Source: an uncultured Nitrososphaerota archaeon (GTDB lineage: Archaea > Korarchaeota > Korarchaeia > Korarchaeales > Korarchaeaceae). Taken from it: a DNA stretch of 32,000 bases. A model generated the notes under the pieces. That model searched no databases. It was not told the origin of the DNA and saw nothing but the letters and a program-made list of their open reading frames with translations. Of this stretch, positions 25,025 through 32,000 are shown in pieces. Location: assembly GCA_964480775.1 (NCBI GenBank), contig CAYZRF010000010.1, positions 30,001-62,000 on the forward strand. The letters run 5' to 3'. The number at the start of each line of letters is the position of its first letter. Within the stretch, counting starts at the first letter, position 1. The translations under genes and the position numbers were made by a program.

Positions 25025-26287
25025 TTAAATTATGGACTCTATTTCCTTCAACTTATTTACGAAGATGTCTATTTCAGATGTGGTATTGTAAATATAGAAG
25101 CTAACTCTAGCGGTACCACCATGGATTCCCATTGCATCATGCAATGGTTCAGCGCAATGATAGCCGCTCCTTATGGCTATTCCACTTTGATCCATGATCA
25201 TAGCGACGTCATGGGGACTCATTTCTTCCAAATTAAAGGAGATAACCCCTCCTCTCATCCTAGGATCGGAGGGACCATAAATTTTGATTTTTTCCAGTTC
25301 ACCCATCCTTTTCAGCGCATAGGATACGAGTTCTTCCTCGTATCTCCTAACCTCGTCCATTCCTATCGATGAGAGGTAGTCAACAGCAGCTCCTAGCCCA
25401 ATGCCCCCCTCTATATTGGGAGTTCCGGCTTCAAATTTCCATGGGAGAACATTCCAGTCTATCTTGCATTTCTTTGTGGAGGTGTCAAAGCGGACCTTAC
25501 TTATCATTCCTCCTCCTCCGAGAAATGGGCTCATGGACTCCAAAATTTCCTTTTTAGCGTAAAGAACTCCTATACCACTTGGACCAAGCATCTTATGGCC
25601 TGAAAAAGCAAGAAAATCGCAATCCAGTTCCTTCACGCTAACTGGCATGTGAGGCACCGATTGAGCGCCATCAACCAATACTAGGGCTCCAACCTCATGA
25701 GCTAGCCTACAGATTTTCCTGACATCATTTATGGTTCCGAGAACATTCGATACGTGAACCACAGTAACTAATTTCGTTCTTTGGGATAGCTTCTCCTCGA
25801 ACTCGGGGTAATTTAGGACTCCATCTTTTGTAATTCCAATGTATTTTACATGAATATCTTTTAACTGTGAGAGCAATTCCCAAGGAACTATATTGCTGTG
25901 GTGTTCCATTAATGTTGTTAGGATCTCATCACCAGGTTTTAGCTGACGCAATGCCCAAGAGTAGGCCACTAAGTTAATGGCTTCGGTGGTATTCCTTACA
26001 AATAAGATCTCTTCTAGGTCATTCGCTGATATGAACCTAGCTACCTTAGTATGAGCTTCTTCATAAGCTTCTGATGCCTCTTGACTTAAAGTGTGAACTC
26101 CCCTGTGTATGTTCGCATAATGATTTTCGTAGAATGTAGTGATGGCCTCAATAACCTGTTTTGGCTTCTGACTACTCGCAGCGTTATCCAAATAGATTAG
26201 AGGATGCCCGTTTACTTTTCTTTTCAGAATAGGAAAGTCTTCTCTTATCTTTAAAGGGTCGATTGGCATGAAACATCGGTTATTCAA
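25025..26287 (-). CDS. sufS: Cysteine desulfurase, class V aminotransferase (SufS/CsdA type)
   Basis: IREDFPIL N-terminus, PLP-lysine motif SGHKMLGPSGIGVLY, and active-site loop RSGYHCAEP. The start may instead be the internal ATG at 26269. Confidence 0.88.
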   Translation of the reverse strand: MNNRCFMPIDPLKIREDFPILKRKVNGHPLIYLDNAASSQKPKQVIEAITTFYENHYANIHRGVHTLSQEASEAYEEAHTKVARFISANDLEEILFVRNTTEAINLVAYSWALRQLKPGDEILTTLMEHHSNIVPWELLSQLKDIHVKYIGITKDGVLNYPEFEEKLSQRTKLVTVVHVSNVLGTINDVRKICRLAHEVGALVLVDGAQSVPHMPVSVKELDCDFLAFSGHKMLGPSGIGVLYAKKEILESMSPFLGGGGMISKVRFDTSTKKCKIDWNVLPWKFEAGTPNIEGGIGLGAAVDYLSSIGMDEVRRYEEELVSYALKRMGELEKIKIYGPSDPRMRGGVISFNLEEMSPHDVAMIMDQSGIAIRSGYHCAEPLHDAMGIHGGTARVSFYIYNTTSEIDIFVNKLKEIESII

Positions 26288-26342
26288 TAACTTAAGTAAT
26301 AAAAAACGTTATAAGAAGAATCATTTTTGAGGAAGGGATAAA

Positions 26343-27242
26343 ATGAAAAAGAGCCTAAAAGCCTGGTTTGCCGTAGCAAGAGTAAATTTCCTACCCCTGT
26401 CAATCATTTTAGTGTTCTTAGGGACAGCAATAGCTTTCTGTGATGGTTTTCTAAACATTCCTCGTGCAATTCTAGCGCTAGTTGGTTTAGTACTCTTGCA
26501 TATGAGTGTAAACGTGTTTAACGAATACTTCGACTATGAAAGCGGCCTTGACTTTAAGACAGCAAAAACTCCATTTAGTGGTGGAAGCGGTACTCTACCG
26601 GCTGGTCTTTTAGATCCAAAGAAGGTGTATATTTTTGGTATTGTATGCTTTTTGTTAGGCGCTAGCATAGGAGCAATCTTCTTGCTAATCACCAAACTAC
26701 TTCTAGTTCCCATAATTGTTTTAGGAGCGATTTTCATTCTGTTTTACACCACCCACCTTGCTAAGTGGTTGCTAGGAGAGCTGGCTGCAGGAATGGGCAT
26801 GGGCTTACTACCAGTACTTGGTTCATATGTGGTCCAGGCAGAATCTTACTCTTTGAAAGCGCTTATAGCATCGGTTCCATCTGGAATCTTAGTGTTTAAT
26901 CTGCTTTTTCTCAATGAATTTCCTGATCTAGAGGCAGATAGAGAAGTTGGAAGGAAAAACTTGGTGATCTTGCTTGGGAGAAGAAAGGCTAGGTGGGTCT
27001 ATTCTTTTCTAACTATTCTCACATACTTGTGGATTGTTTTTGCAAGCCTCTTTGGCTTTATGCCCTTACCCTCCCTACTCGGTCTGCTTACAGTGCCGAT
27101 GGGATTCAAAGCGATTAAAATCACAATTGAGAATTATGATGAAAGGGATAAGCTAATCCCTGCGCTCGGGGCAAACGTCGTGGTGGTTTTGGTAACTCAG
27201 CTGCTTCTGGGAATAGGGTATTTGATCGGAGCTTTGTTATGA
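26343..27242 (+). CDS. UbiA-family prenyltransferase, MenA-like
   Basis: About 8-9 TM segments. First Asp-rich motif NVFNEYFDYESGLD; second motif NEFPDLEADREVGRKNL. Confidence 0.75.
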   Translation: MKKSLKAWFAVARVNFLPLSIILVFLGTAIAFCDGFLNIPRAILALVGLVLLHMSVNVFNEYFDYESGLDFKTAKTPFSGGSGTLPAGLLDPKKVYIFGIVCFLLGASIGAIFLLITKLLLVPIIVLGAIFILFYTTHLAKWLLGELAAGMGMGLLPVLGSYVVQAESYSLKALIASVPSGILVFNLLFLNEFPDLEADREVGRKNLVILLGRRKARWVYSFLTILTYLWIVFASLFGFMPLPSLLGLLTVPMGFKAIKITIENYDERDKLIPALGANVVVVLVTQLLLGIGYLIGALL

Positions 27243-27308
27243 AAATGGCAAAAATTGAATGAAACAGGCATTTAGAACTCAAAAAGATCATAGAATCTCT
27301 TGAAAGGA

Positions 27309-28358
27309 TCAGGTTGTAAGTTGCTTATCCAGCAAAGCACTCAGGTTTCTGGAGAACTTCCTAAGTGCTTCTATGCCTTTAATCTCATAGGATTGTATCG
27401 GGACCACTATCACTTCCATGCTGGATCCGTACGTCTCCTTCAACATGTTAACGTATTTATTGTGTATTTTCACCTTTTTCATCCATATATCGCAATTGCA
27501 CACATCTTCCACCGCCACTTGATTTATTATTAGACCTGGAACCCTTACATTGAACTCTCTTAATTCACTGAGAATTCTTCTTGTCTGAGAGAAGCCGAGC
27601 CACTCTGGTATGGCTACAAGATATATCGAGAACACAGGGGAAGATATTAGCTCAAGGACATCTTCTGCTAATTTCCTCCAGTCTCCTATTATCTTTAAAG
27701 GATCCTTACCTTCAGCTCTCCTTATTTTATCCAGTGTTGACTTCAGGGATAAATAGAGTTTAGAAGCTTCTCCTAGATGCTTGTAAAACTTCTCTTCTAT
27801 CCTTAGAAGCCTGAGAGAGCCTCCAGCGGGGGCTGCGTCCCAAATAATGTAATCGTACTTACCTGAAGTGTAGAGGTCCAAGATGTAGGCCAGCATGAAT
27901 TCATCCGATATTCCTGGTGCTCCAGCTATGTAATCTAGGATGTCTTTTTCCACAGGAAAGAATGATGAAACAACTTTGTAGACCTCGTCACCAAATCTCT
28001 GCTTCCACATGTTTAAAACGGCTTCTTCATTTAGCTCAATTGCTTCCAATCCAGGAGCCAATTTCTTTGCCGTTGTACCTATCTCTTCGTCGAATATATC
28101 TGAGAGAGAGGGTGTTGGATCGCTTGTTAATATAAGAACCTTGTAACCCTTTGAAGCGAAGTAAATTGAAGCAGATGCCGCGCATGTTGTTTTTCCAACC
28201 CCACCTTTTCCCCAGAAAGAAAGTATTTTGGTCTTTCTGTTGCTTATTTTTATCACCGTCCCTAGGTCAAATCTCAAGTAATATTTAGTATTTTTCTTCT
28301 TTTGAAAGCCCATCAAGGTTAACCTATTCTTGGGATCGATAGAGCGTAATAAGGGCAT
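27309..28358 (-). CDS. ArsA/Get3-family P-loop ATPase
   Basis: GKGGVGKTT P-loop. The switch II signature DAAPAGGSLRLL matches ArsA/Get3 DTAPTGHTLRLL. The C-terminal INQV..VCNCDIW....KY block sits where Get3 carries CxxC. The start could be the ATG at 28358 or the one at 28313. Confidence 0.75.
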   Translation of the reverse strand: MPLLRSIDPKNRLTLMGFQKKKNTKYYLRFDLGTVIKISNRKTKILSFWGKGGVGKTTCAASASIYFASKGYKVLILTSDPTPSLSDIFDEEIGTTAKKLAPGLEAIELNEEAVLNMWKQRFGDEVYKVVSSFFPVEKDILDYIAGAPGISDEFMLAYILDLYTSGKYDYIIWDAAPAGGSLRLLRIEEKFYKHLGEASKLYLSLKSTLDKIRRAEGKDPLKIIGDWRKLAEDVLELISSPVFSIYLVAIPEWLGFSQTRRILSELREFNVRVPGLIINQVAVEDVCNCDIWMKKVKIHNKYVNMLKETYGSSMEVIVVPIQSYEIKGIEALRKFSRNLSALLDKQLTT

Positions 28359-28393
28359 TGATAATGCGAAAGCGGGGTTTAGAAGCTACTCTG

Positions 28394-28402
28394 ATTATAT
28401 AT
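28394..28402 (-). promoter_or_regulatory. TATA-box candidate for the ArsA/Get3-like gene
   Basis: The minus strand reads cATATATAATcag, about 35-40 nt upstream of the ATG at 28358. Confidence 0.3.
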
Positions 28403-28572
28403 GAGGATCGCAGAGGCTTGATCCAAATCCCTCCCGAGTAAGATCTCCGAAGAGATGATTCGTCTGCCTTTTGGTGTTCTGTTACAAAGTTAATGAGTTA
28501 CGTATCATGTTTGTTGGTTTTCTTTTATAGAAAAGATCTTGTCATTTAAGAACGCTTAGAAAGACTAAAAGT

Positions 28573-28580
28573 ATAAATAT
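28573..28580 (+). promoter_or_regulatory. TATA box (with a purine-rich BRE-like flank) for the hypA-hypB unit
   Basis: gactaaaagTATAAATAtct ends 28 nt before the TTG start at 28609. This is consistent with a leaderless or near-leaderless transcript. Confidence 0.45.
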
Positions 28581-28608
28581 CTAGGTCCTGAGCAGAGGCA
28601 AGGTCAAA

Positions 28609-29046
28609 TTGCATGAGTGGTCGCTGGCCGAAGCAGTAATTAACTCCCTTATCAGACTGGCAGAAGACAAAGGCGCCACTGCTTTTGAGGAAGTTGAGAT
28701 TACTCATGGAGAGATAATGGAGTTGGATACTTTAGTGTTTAGAACGGCCTTTAAAGAACTAAGCAAGGGAACGCTAGTTGAGGGAACTAGGCTGGTGCTA
28801 AAAGAGGAAAAGGCAAAGTTCAAATGCAACAATTGTGGAGCTGAATGGGACTTTGAAACAGTAGAGAAAATACTTTCAGAGGAATTCAGCGTTATTGAAG
28901 AACCATCAGGTACAAAAGAGAGTGCACTCCATTTCTTGCCTAATTTAGCCCCGGCTCTGCTTAAATGCCCCTCATGTGGGAGCAGGGATTTTGATTTGGC
29001 ATCAGGCAAGGGCCTGCGCATCTCGAAGGTGGTGATGAGAACTTGA
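28609..29046 (+). CDS. hypA: [NiFe] hydrogenase nickel-insertion protein HypA
   Basis: N-terminal MHEWSLA (the Ni-binding MHE motif). Zn-site cysteines CNNCG ... CPSCGS. The start codon is TTG. Confidence 0.88.
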   Translation: MHEWSLAEAVINSLIRLAEDKGATAFEEVEITHGEIMELDTLVFRTAFKELSKGTLVEGTRLVLKEEKAKFKCNNCGAEWDFETVEKILSEEFSVIEEPSGTKESALHFLPNLAPALLKCPSCGSRDFDLASGKGLRISKVVMRT

Positions 29047-29840
29047 GCAAGATGTCAGACATTCTCTTCGAGGAGGCCAGAAGAAGACTTTCTCAAGTTC
29101 GCAACATAGTAGCAGTAACAGCTGGAAAAGGTGGGGTTGGAAAGAGCTTTGTTTCTACCTCCCTAGCGCTAGCACTTGCAGAGAGGGGTAAAAAGGTGGG
29201 TCTATTGGATTTAGACGTTCACGGCTCTTCTGTCCCCATTATGCTTGGTCTTAAGGAAGAGGTAAGAGCAGGTAAGGAGGGATTTAGACCAGTAAGGAAG
29301 CATAACGTAGAGATTATGTCTATCGGCCTTCTAACTAAAGACAGCCCTGTACTAATCAAAGGAAAGGATAAAATGGATTTAATAACTAGTTTAGTGGCCC
29401 TGACGAGCTGGGGAAATCTCGACTATTTAGTGATAGACTTGCCACCAGGCACGGGCGATGAAGTGTTATGGGTTATCAGGGTTATCAGGAATCTGAGGTC
29501 TGCCGGGGCTTTGGTAGTAACAATGCCGTCGATGTTATCCCGTTCAGTAGTCAGAAAGAGCTTAAGATTGTTAGTTGACGAAGGAATCCGAATACTAGGT
29601 TTGGTAGAGAACATGTCATACTTCAAATGTGGGAAAGAAGAGATAAGGCCTTTTGGATATGGTTCAGGAGAAGACTTGGCTAAAGAGTTCAAAACTCGCT
29701 TACTAGTCCGTCTACCAATAGAACCAAGAGTTGAGAAGGCTATGGCTGAAGGATATCCTCCTTATCTCGCATCAAATGAGTTGAGGACTACTTTCTCTAG
29801 TTTAGCTGCAGCCGTTGAAAGTCTCTTACAGAAAGCATAA
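29043..29840 (+). CDS. hypB: Mrp/MinD-family P-loop ATPase, archaeal HypB-type hydrogenase maturation factor
   Basis: Deviant Walker A AGKGGVGKS and Mrp-like body (DYLVIDLPPGTGDE). It lacks the CxxC of FeS-carrier Mrp/ApbC (here MSYFKCGKEE). It overlaps the hypA stop; the start is TTG at 29043 or ATG at 29052. Confidence 0.6.
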   Translation: MSKMSDILFEEARRRLSQVRNIVAVTAGKGGVGKSFVSTSLALALAERGKKVGLLDLDVHGSSVPIMLGLKEEVRAGKEGFRPVRKHNVEIMSIGLLTKDSPVLIKGKDKMDLITSLVALTSWGNLDYLVIDLPPGTGDEVLWVIRVIRNLRSAGALVVTMPSMLSRSVVRKSLRLLVDEGIRILGLVENMSYFKCGKEEIRPFGYGSGEDLAKEFKTRLLVRLPIEPRVEKAMAEGYPPYLASNELRTTFSSLAAAVESLLQKA

Positions 29841-29930
29841 AGTACATAACTGTGTTTAAAGAGATCTTGAATATTAGATGAAATGGGATCTTAAGACATC
29901 TGAGAACGAGGAATTTCTTTTCGAGAACGG

Positions 29931-29940
29931 TAAAATATTT
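29931..29940 (+). promoter_or_regulatory. TATA-box candidate for the hydrogenase structural genes
   Basis: ggTAAAATATTTaacc lies about 33 nt upstream of the TTG at 29973. Confidence 0.4.
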
Positions 29941-29972
29941 AACCAATCGACTAATTACTCAGTAGAACCAAA

Positions 29973-30932
29973 TTGTCCGCGGAAGAAATCAACGTTATAT
30001 GGTTACAAGGTCAAGGATGTACTGGTTGTACTGTTTCTCTAACAGGCTCAACGCACCCAAGCCTTGCTGATCTATTAACTGGCTATCTTCCTCAAGCAGC
30101 GAACATTAACCTGGCCTTCCACCAAACAATTATGCTACCCCATGGGGAGAAAGCAATTGACGTGTTGAGATCGGCTGCAAATGGAGAACTGGACCCATTC
30201 GTCCTAGTTCTTGAAGGCGCAATTCCAAATGAAGAATTGGCAAAGAAAATGGGTGGTTATTGGTGCTTAGTGGGAGAAGATGAAGGAAAGCCCATGACGA
30301 TTAATGATTGGATACTAAAGCTTTCGCCTCGTGCAGCCGCCGCTGTTGCTGTTGGAACTTGTGCATGCTACGGAGGAATTCCTCATGGGACTCCAAATCC
30401 GACTGGTGCAAGAGGACTTCTCGACTTCTTGGGAAGAGATTGGAGGAGTAAACTCAACCTTCCAGTAATTTGTGTGCCAGGCTGTCCAGCTCAAGGAGAG
30501 CACATCGCTGAAACTTTAACGCACTTGGTGCTAACTGCGAGGGGACTTTTGCCGATTCCAGAGCTTGATGAGTACAACAGACCTAAGTTCATATTCGGAA
30601 AAACCGCACATGAAAATTGTCCAAGAGCTGGGACTTTTGCAGAGGGTGAGTTCTCAGAAAAGTTCGGCGAACCTTACTGCATGGGGTTGCTAGGATGCAA
30701 GGGACCAATAGCTCACTGCGATGTCCCCAGAAGAGGATTCGTTGAAGGAGTTGGCGGCTGTCCAACCATTGGTTCGATTTGCATCGGTTGCACTGAGCCA
30801 GAATTTCCAGATCCTCCGTTCTCACCGTTCTTCAGGAAGGCTCCGCCCATGATCTTTACTGTTGAGGCCTTCAGGGACATAAAAGGCAAGATATATGCAA
30901 TTCTTCATAGGTTAAAGCCAAGGGTGATATGA
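29973..30932 (+). CDS. [NiFe] hydrogenase small subunit, no Tat signal peptide
   Basis: IWLQGQGCTGC begins at residue 9. GTCACYGGIP and PGCP are also present. Medial/distal cluster ligands: HENCPRAG, CMGLLGCKGPIAHC, CPTIGSICIGC. TTG start, with an in-frame stop at 29952-29954 only 6 codons upstream. Confidence 0.9.
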   Translation: MSAEEINVIWLQGQGCTGCTVSLTGSTHPSLADLLTGYLPQAANINLAFHQTIMLPHGEKAIDVLRSAANGELDPFVLVLEGAIPNEELAKKMGGYWCLVGEDEGKPMTINDWILKLSPRAAAAVAVGTCACYGGIPHGTPNPTGARGLLDFLGRDWRSKLNLPVICVPGCPAQGEHIAETLTHLVLTARGLLPIPELDEYNRPKFIFGKTAHENCPRAGTFAEGEFSEKFGEPYCMGLLGCKGPIAHCDVPRRGFVEGVGGCPTIGSICIGCTEPEFPDPPFSPFFRKAPPMIFTVEAFRDIKGKIYAILHRLKPRVI

Positions 30933-32000
30933 TTATGGTGGCAAAGGAAATCTATATTGAGCCCTTAACAAGGATTGAAGGGCATTTAGCAATTCATGCG
31001 GTTGGAGATCTAGAAAAAAAGAGGTATGTTGATGCTCACAGCTACGCAGTTATGTTCAGAGGATTCGAGATAATACTAAAAAACAGGGAGCCAGCAGATG
31101 CAATTTGGATAACACAAAGGATCTGCGGCGTTTGCCCAACCCCGCACGGTCTGGCTTCCGTTCAATGTGTAGATATGACTTACAACGTGTCTCCGCCTCC
31201 TTTTGGTGTTGCTATCAGAGACTTCATTCACATATCTGAGCAGTTATATGATGCAGTGCTTGGCTGTGGAATTCTAGAAGGGCCAGATTATAGTGAACCA
31301 GTTGTCAAGGAGTTAAACCCAAATTGGTGGGATAAAGCCAAGGATACAAAGGCTGAGAACAGAGACCTCCACGGTTATGGAACGATTGCAGACATAATGA
31401 GCGCCCTCACTCCTCTAAAGGGAACTTTGTGGCTTAGATGCTTGCAACTGTCGAAAATGGGTAGAAAGATGGCATCACTCTTTGGAGGCAAACATCCTCA
31501 TGTTAACTCATTTGTTCCTGGTGGAGTAGCAAAGACGGTTACGCCCTCCGACTTAGAGATGTTCTCTGCCATGTTATCACAACATATTGCGTTCACGAAA
31601 GAGTTCGTTACCGCTTTCGATGATCTACTAAACTTTGTGTTGGAAATGGGTTATGAGGAAGCTGGAAAGAGGGAAGCAAATCTGATAAGCTACGGTTCTT
31701 ATGACGATCCTTATGCATACACTGGAAAGTACGAAGACTTGTCTAAGTGGGGAGAGAAGAGAAAAGTAACTCCTGGTGTGGTCATAAAGGGGAATTTGGT
31801 AACAACTGATTTATCAGAGATAAACCTGGGTATCAGGGAATTCATAGCCCACTCATATTATGAAGAATGGGAGCAGACACGTGCGCACCCATTGATAAGT
31901 GATCTTTCGGTTTGGCACCCATGGAACAAGGAAACAAAACCAGCGCCTGGCAAACCAAGAGATTGGGATGGAAAATACTCTTGGGGCACTTCGCCGAGAT
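30929..32000 (+). CDS. [NiFe] hydrogenase large subunit, 5' part (continues beyond the window)
   Basis: Not in the ORF track because it has no stop in the window. My own translation from the ATG at 30929 (ATGA overlap with the small-subunit stop): MIMVAKEIYIEPLTRIEGHLAIH...ITQRICGVCPTPHGLAS...HPWNKETKPAPGKPRDWDGKYSWGTSPR. This gives the L1 motif RxCGxCxxxH and the typical KYSW..PR block. The frame stays open to base 32000. Confidence 0.9.
   Translation, partial: MIMVAKEIYIEPLTRIEGHLAIHAVGDLEKKRYVDAHSYAVMFRGFEIILKNREPADAIWITQRICGVCPTPHGLASVQCVDMTYNVSPPPFGVAIRDFIHISEQLYDAVLGCGILEGPDYSEPVVKELNPNWWDKAKDTKAENRDLHGYGTIADIMSALTPLKGTLWLRCLQLSKMGRKMASLFGGKHPHVNSFVPGGVAKTVTPSDLEMFSAMLSQHIAFTKEFVTAFDDLLNFVLEMGYEEAGKREANLISYGSYDDPYAYTGKYEDLSKWGEKRKVTPGVVIKGNLVTTDLSEINLGIREFIAHSYYEEWEQTRAHPLISDLSVWHPWNKETKPAPGKPRDWDGKYSWGTSPR

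Noticed and set aside
28400-28500. Possible tRNA or C/D-box sRNA in the 250-nt gap (gatccaaatcc T-loop-like string; agatgatt / ctga strings)
   Set aside because: No complementary T-stem or acceptor stem flanks the T-loop-like string. The C-box-like string is not RUGAUGA, and there is no correctly spaced D box with terminal pairing.
28704-29021. 105-aa minus-strand ORF opposite hypA (and similarly 29423..29692 opposite hypB)
   Set aside because: They are antisense shadows of confidently identified hyp genes.
1-32000. Mobile elements, prophage or defence islands
   Set aside because: I recognised no transposase, integrase, terminal inverted repeats, toxin-antitoxin pair, restriction-modification gene or Cas gene. 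The XPD helicase has housekeeping architecture and neighbours.

Overview
This is a densely coding archaeal chromosomal segment. The proteins are K/E/I-rich in the thermophile style, A/T-rich TATA-like boxes sit 25-35 nt upstream of several starts, and the gene content is archaeal (XPD helicase, KH-less beta-CASP nuclease, archaeal-type NAPRTase with a Zn ribbon, Mrp/MinD-type HypB). I support about 30 CDS. I found no rRNA, tRNA, CRISPR array, transposase or integrase. Order of content: (1) a partial CDS and a beta-CASP metallo-beta-lactamase nuclease. (2) A tight three-gene plus-strand operon at 2051-6449: a radical SAM/SPASM enzyme with an N-terminal PqqD-like peptide-recognition domain, a 405-aa highly charged coiled-coil protein, and a 591-aa bitopic DUF2207-like membrane protein. 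That membrane protein ends in a 55-residue tail with 12 Ala-Cys units and 10 His (7x ACHS, 2x ACVHD). (3) A minus-strand FbpABC/PotA-like ABC importer (binding protein, fused double permease, ATPase). (4) A cluster of three secreted, C-terminally anchored proteins, including two tandem paralogous metallophosphoesterases. (5) NAPRTase, a VIT-like membrane protein, an Mth938-domain protein and XPD. (6) An alkyltransferase-like (PWHR, no catalytic Cys)-endonuclease V fusion, followed by acylphosphatase. (7) A pyrimidine-salvage operon: divergent UPRTase-like protein, dCTP deaminase, uridine-phosphorylase-like protein, PRC-barrel protein. (8) A HAD-like protein with a degenerate motif I, SufS-type cysteine desulfurase, a MenA/UbiA prenyltransferase and an ArsA/Get3-like ATPase. 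(9) hypA, Mrp-type hypB, and a Tat-less [NiFe] hydrogenase small subunit plus a large subunit that runs off the window. The best candidate for an undescribed system is the rSAM/SPASM-RRE + coiled-coil + (AC-x-x)n-tailed membrane protein operon. It looks like a protein-borne version of the short Cys-repeat peptides that are matured by radical SAM/SPASM enzymes. All family calls come from motif reading by eye; no searches were run.
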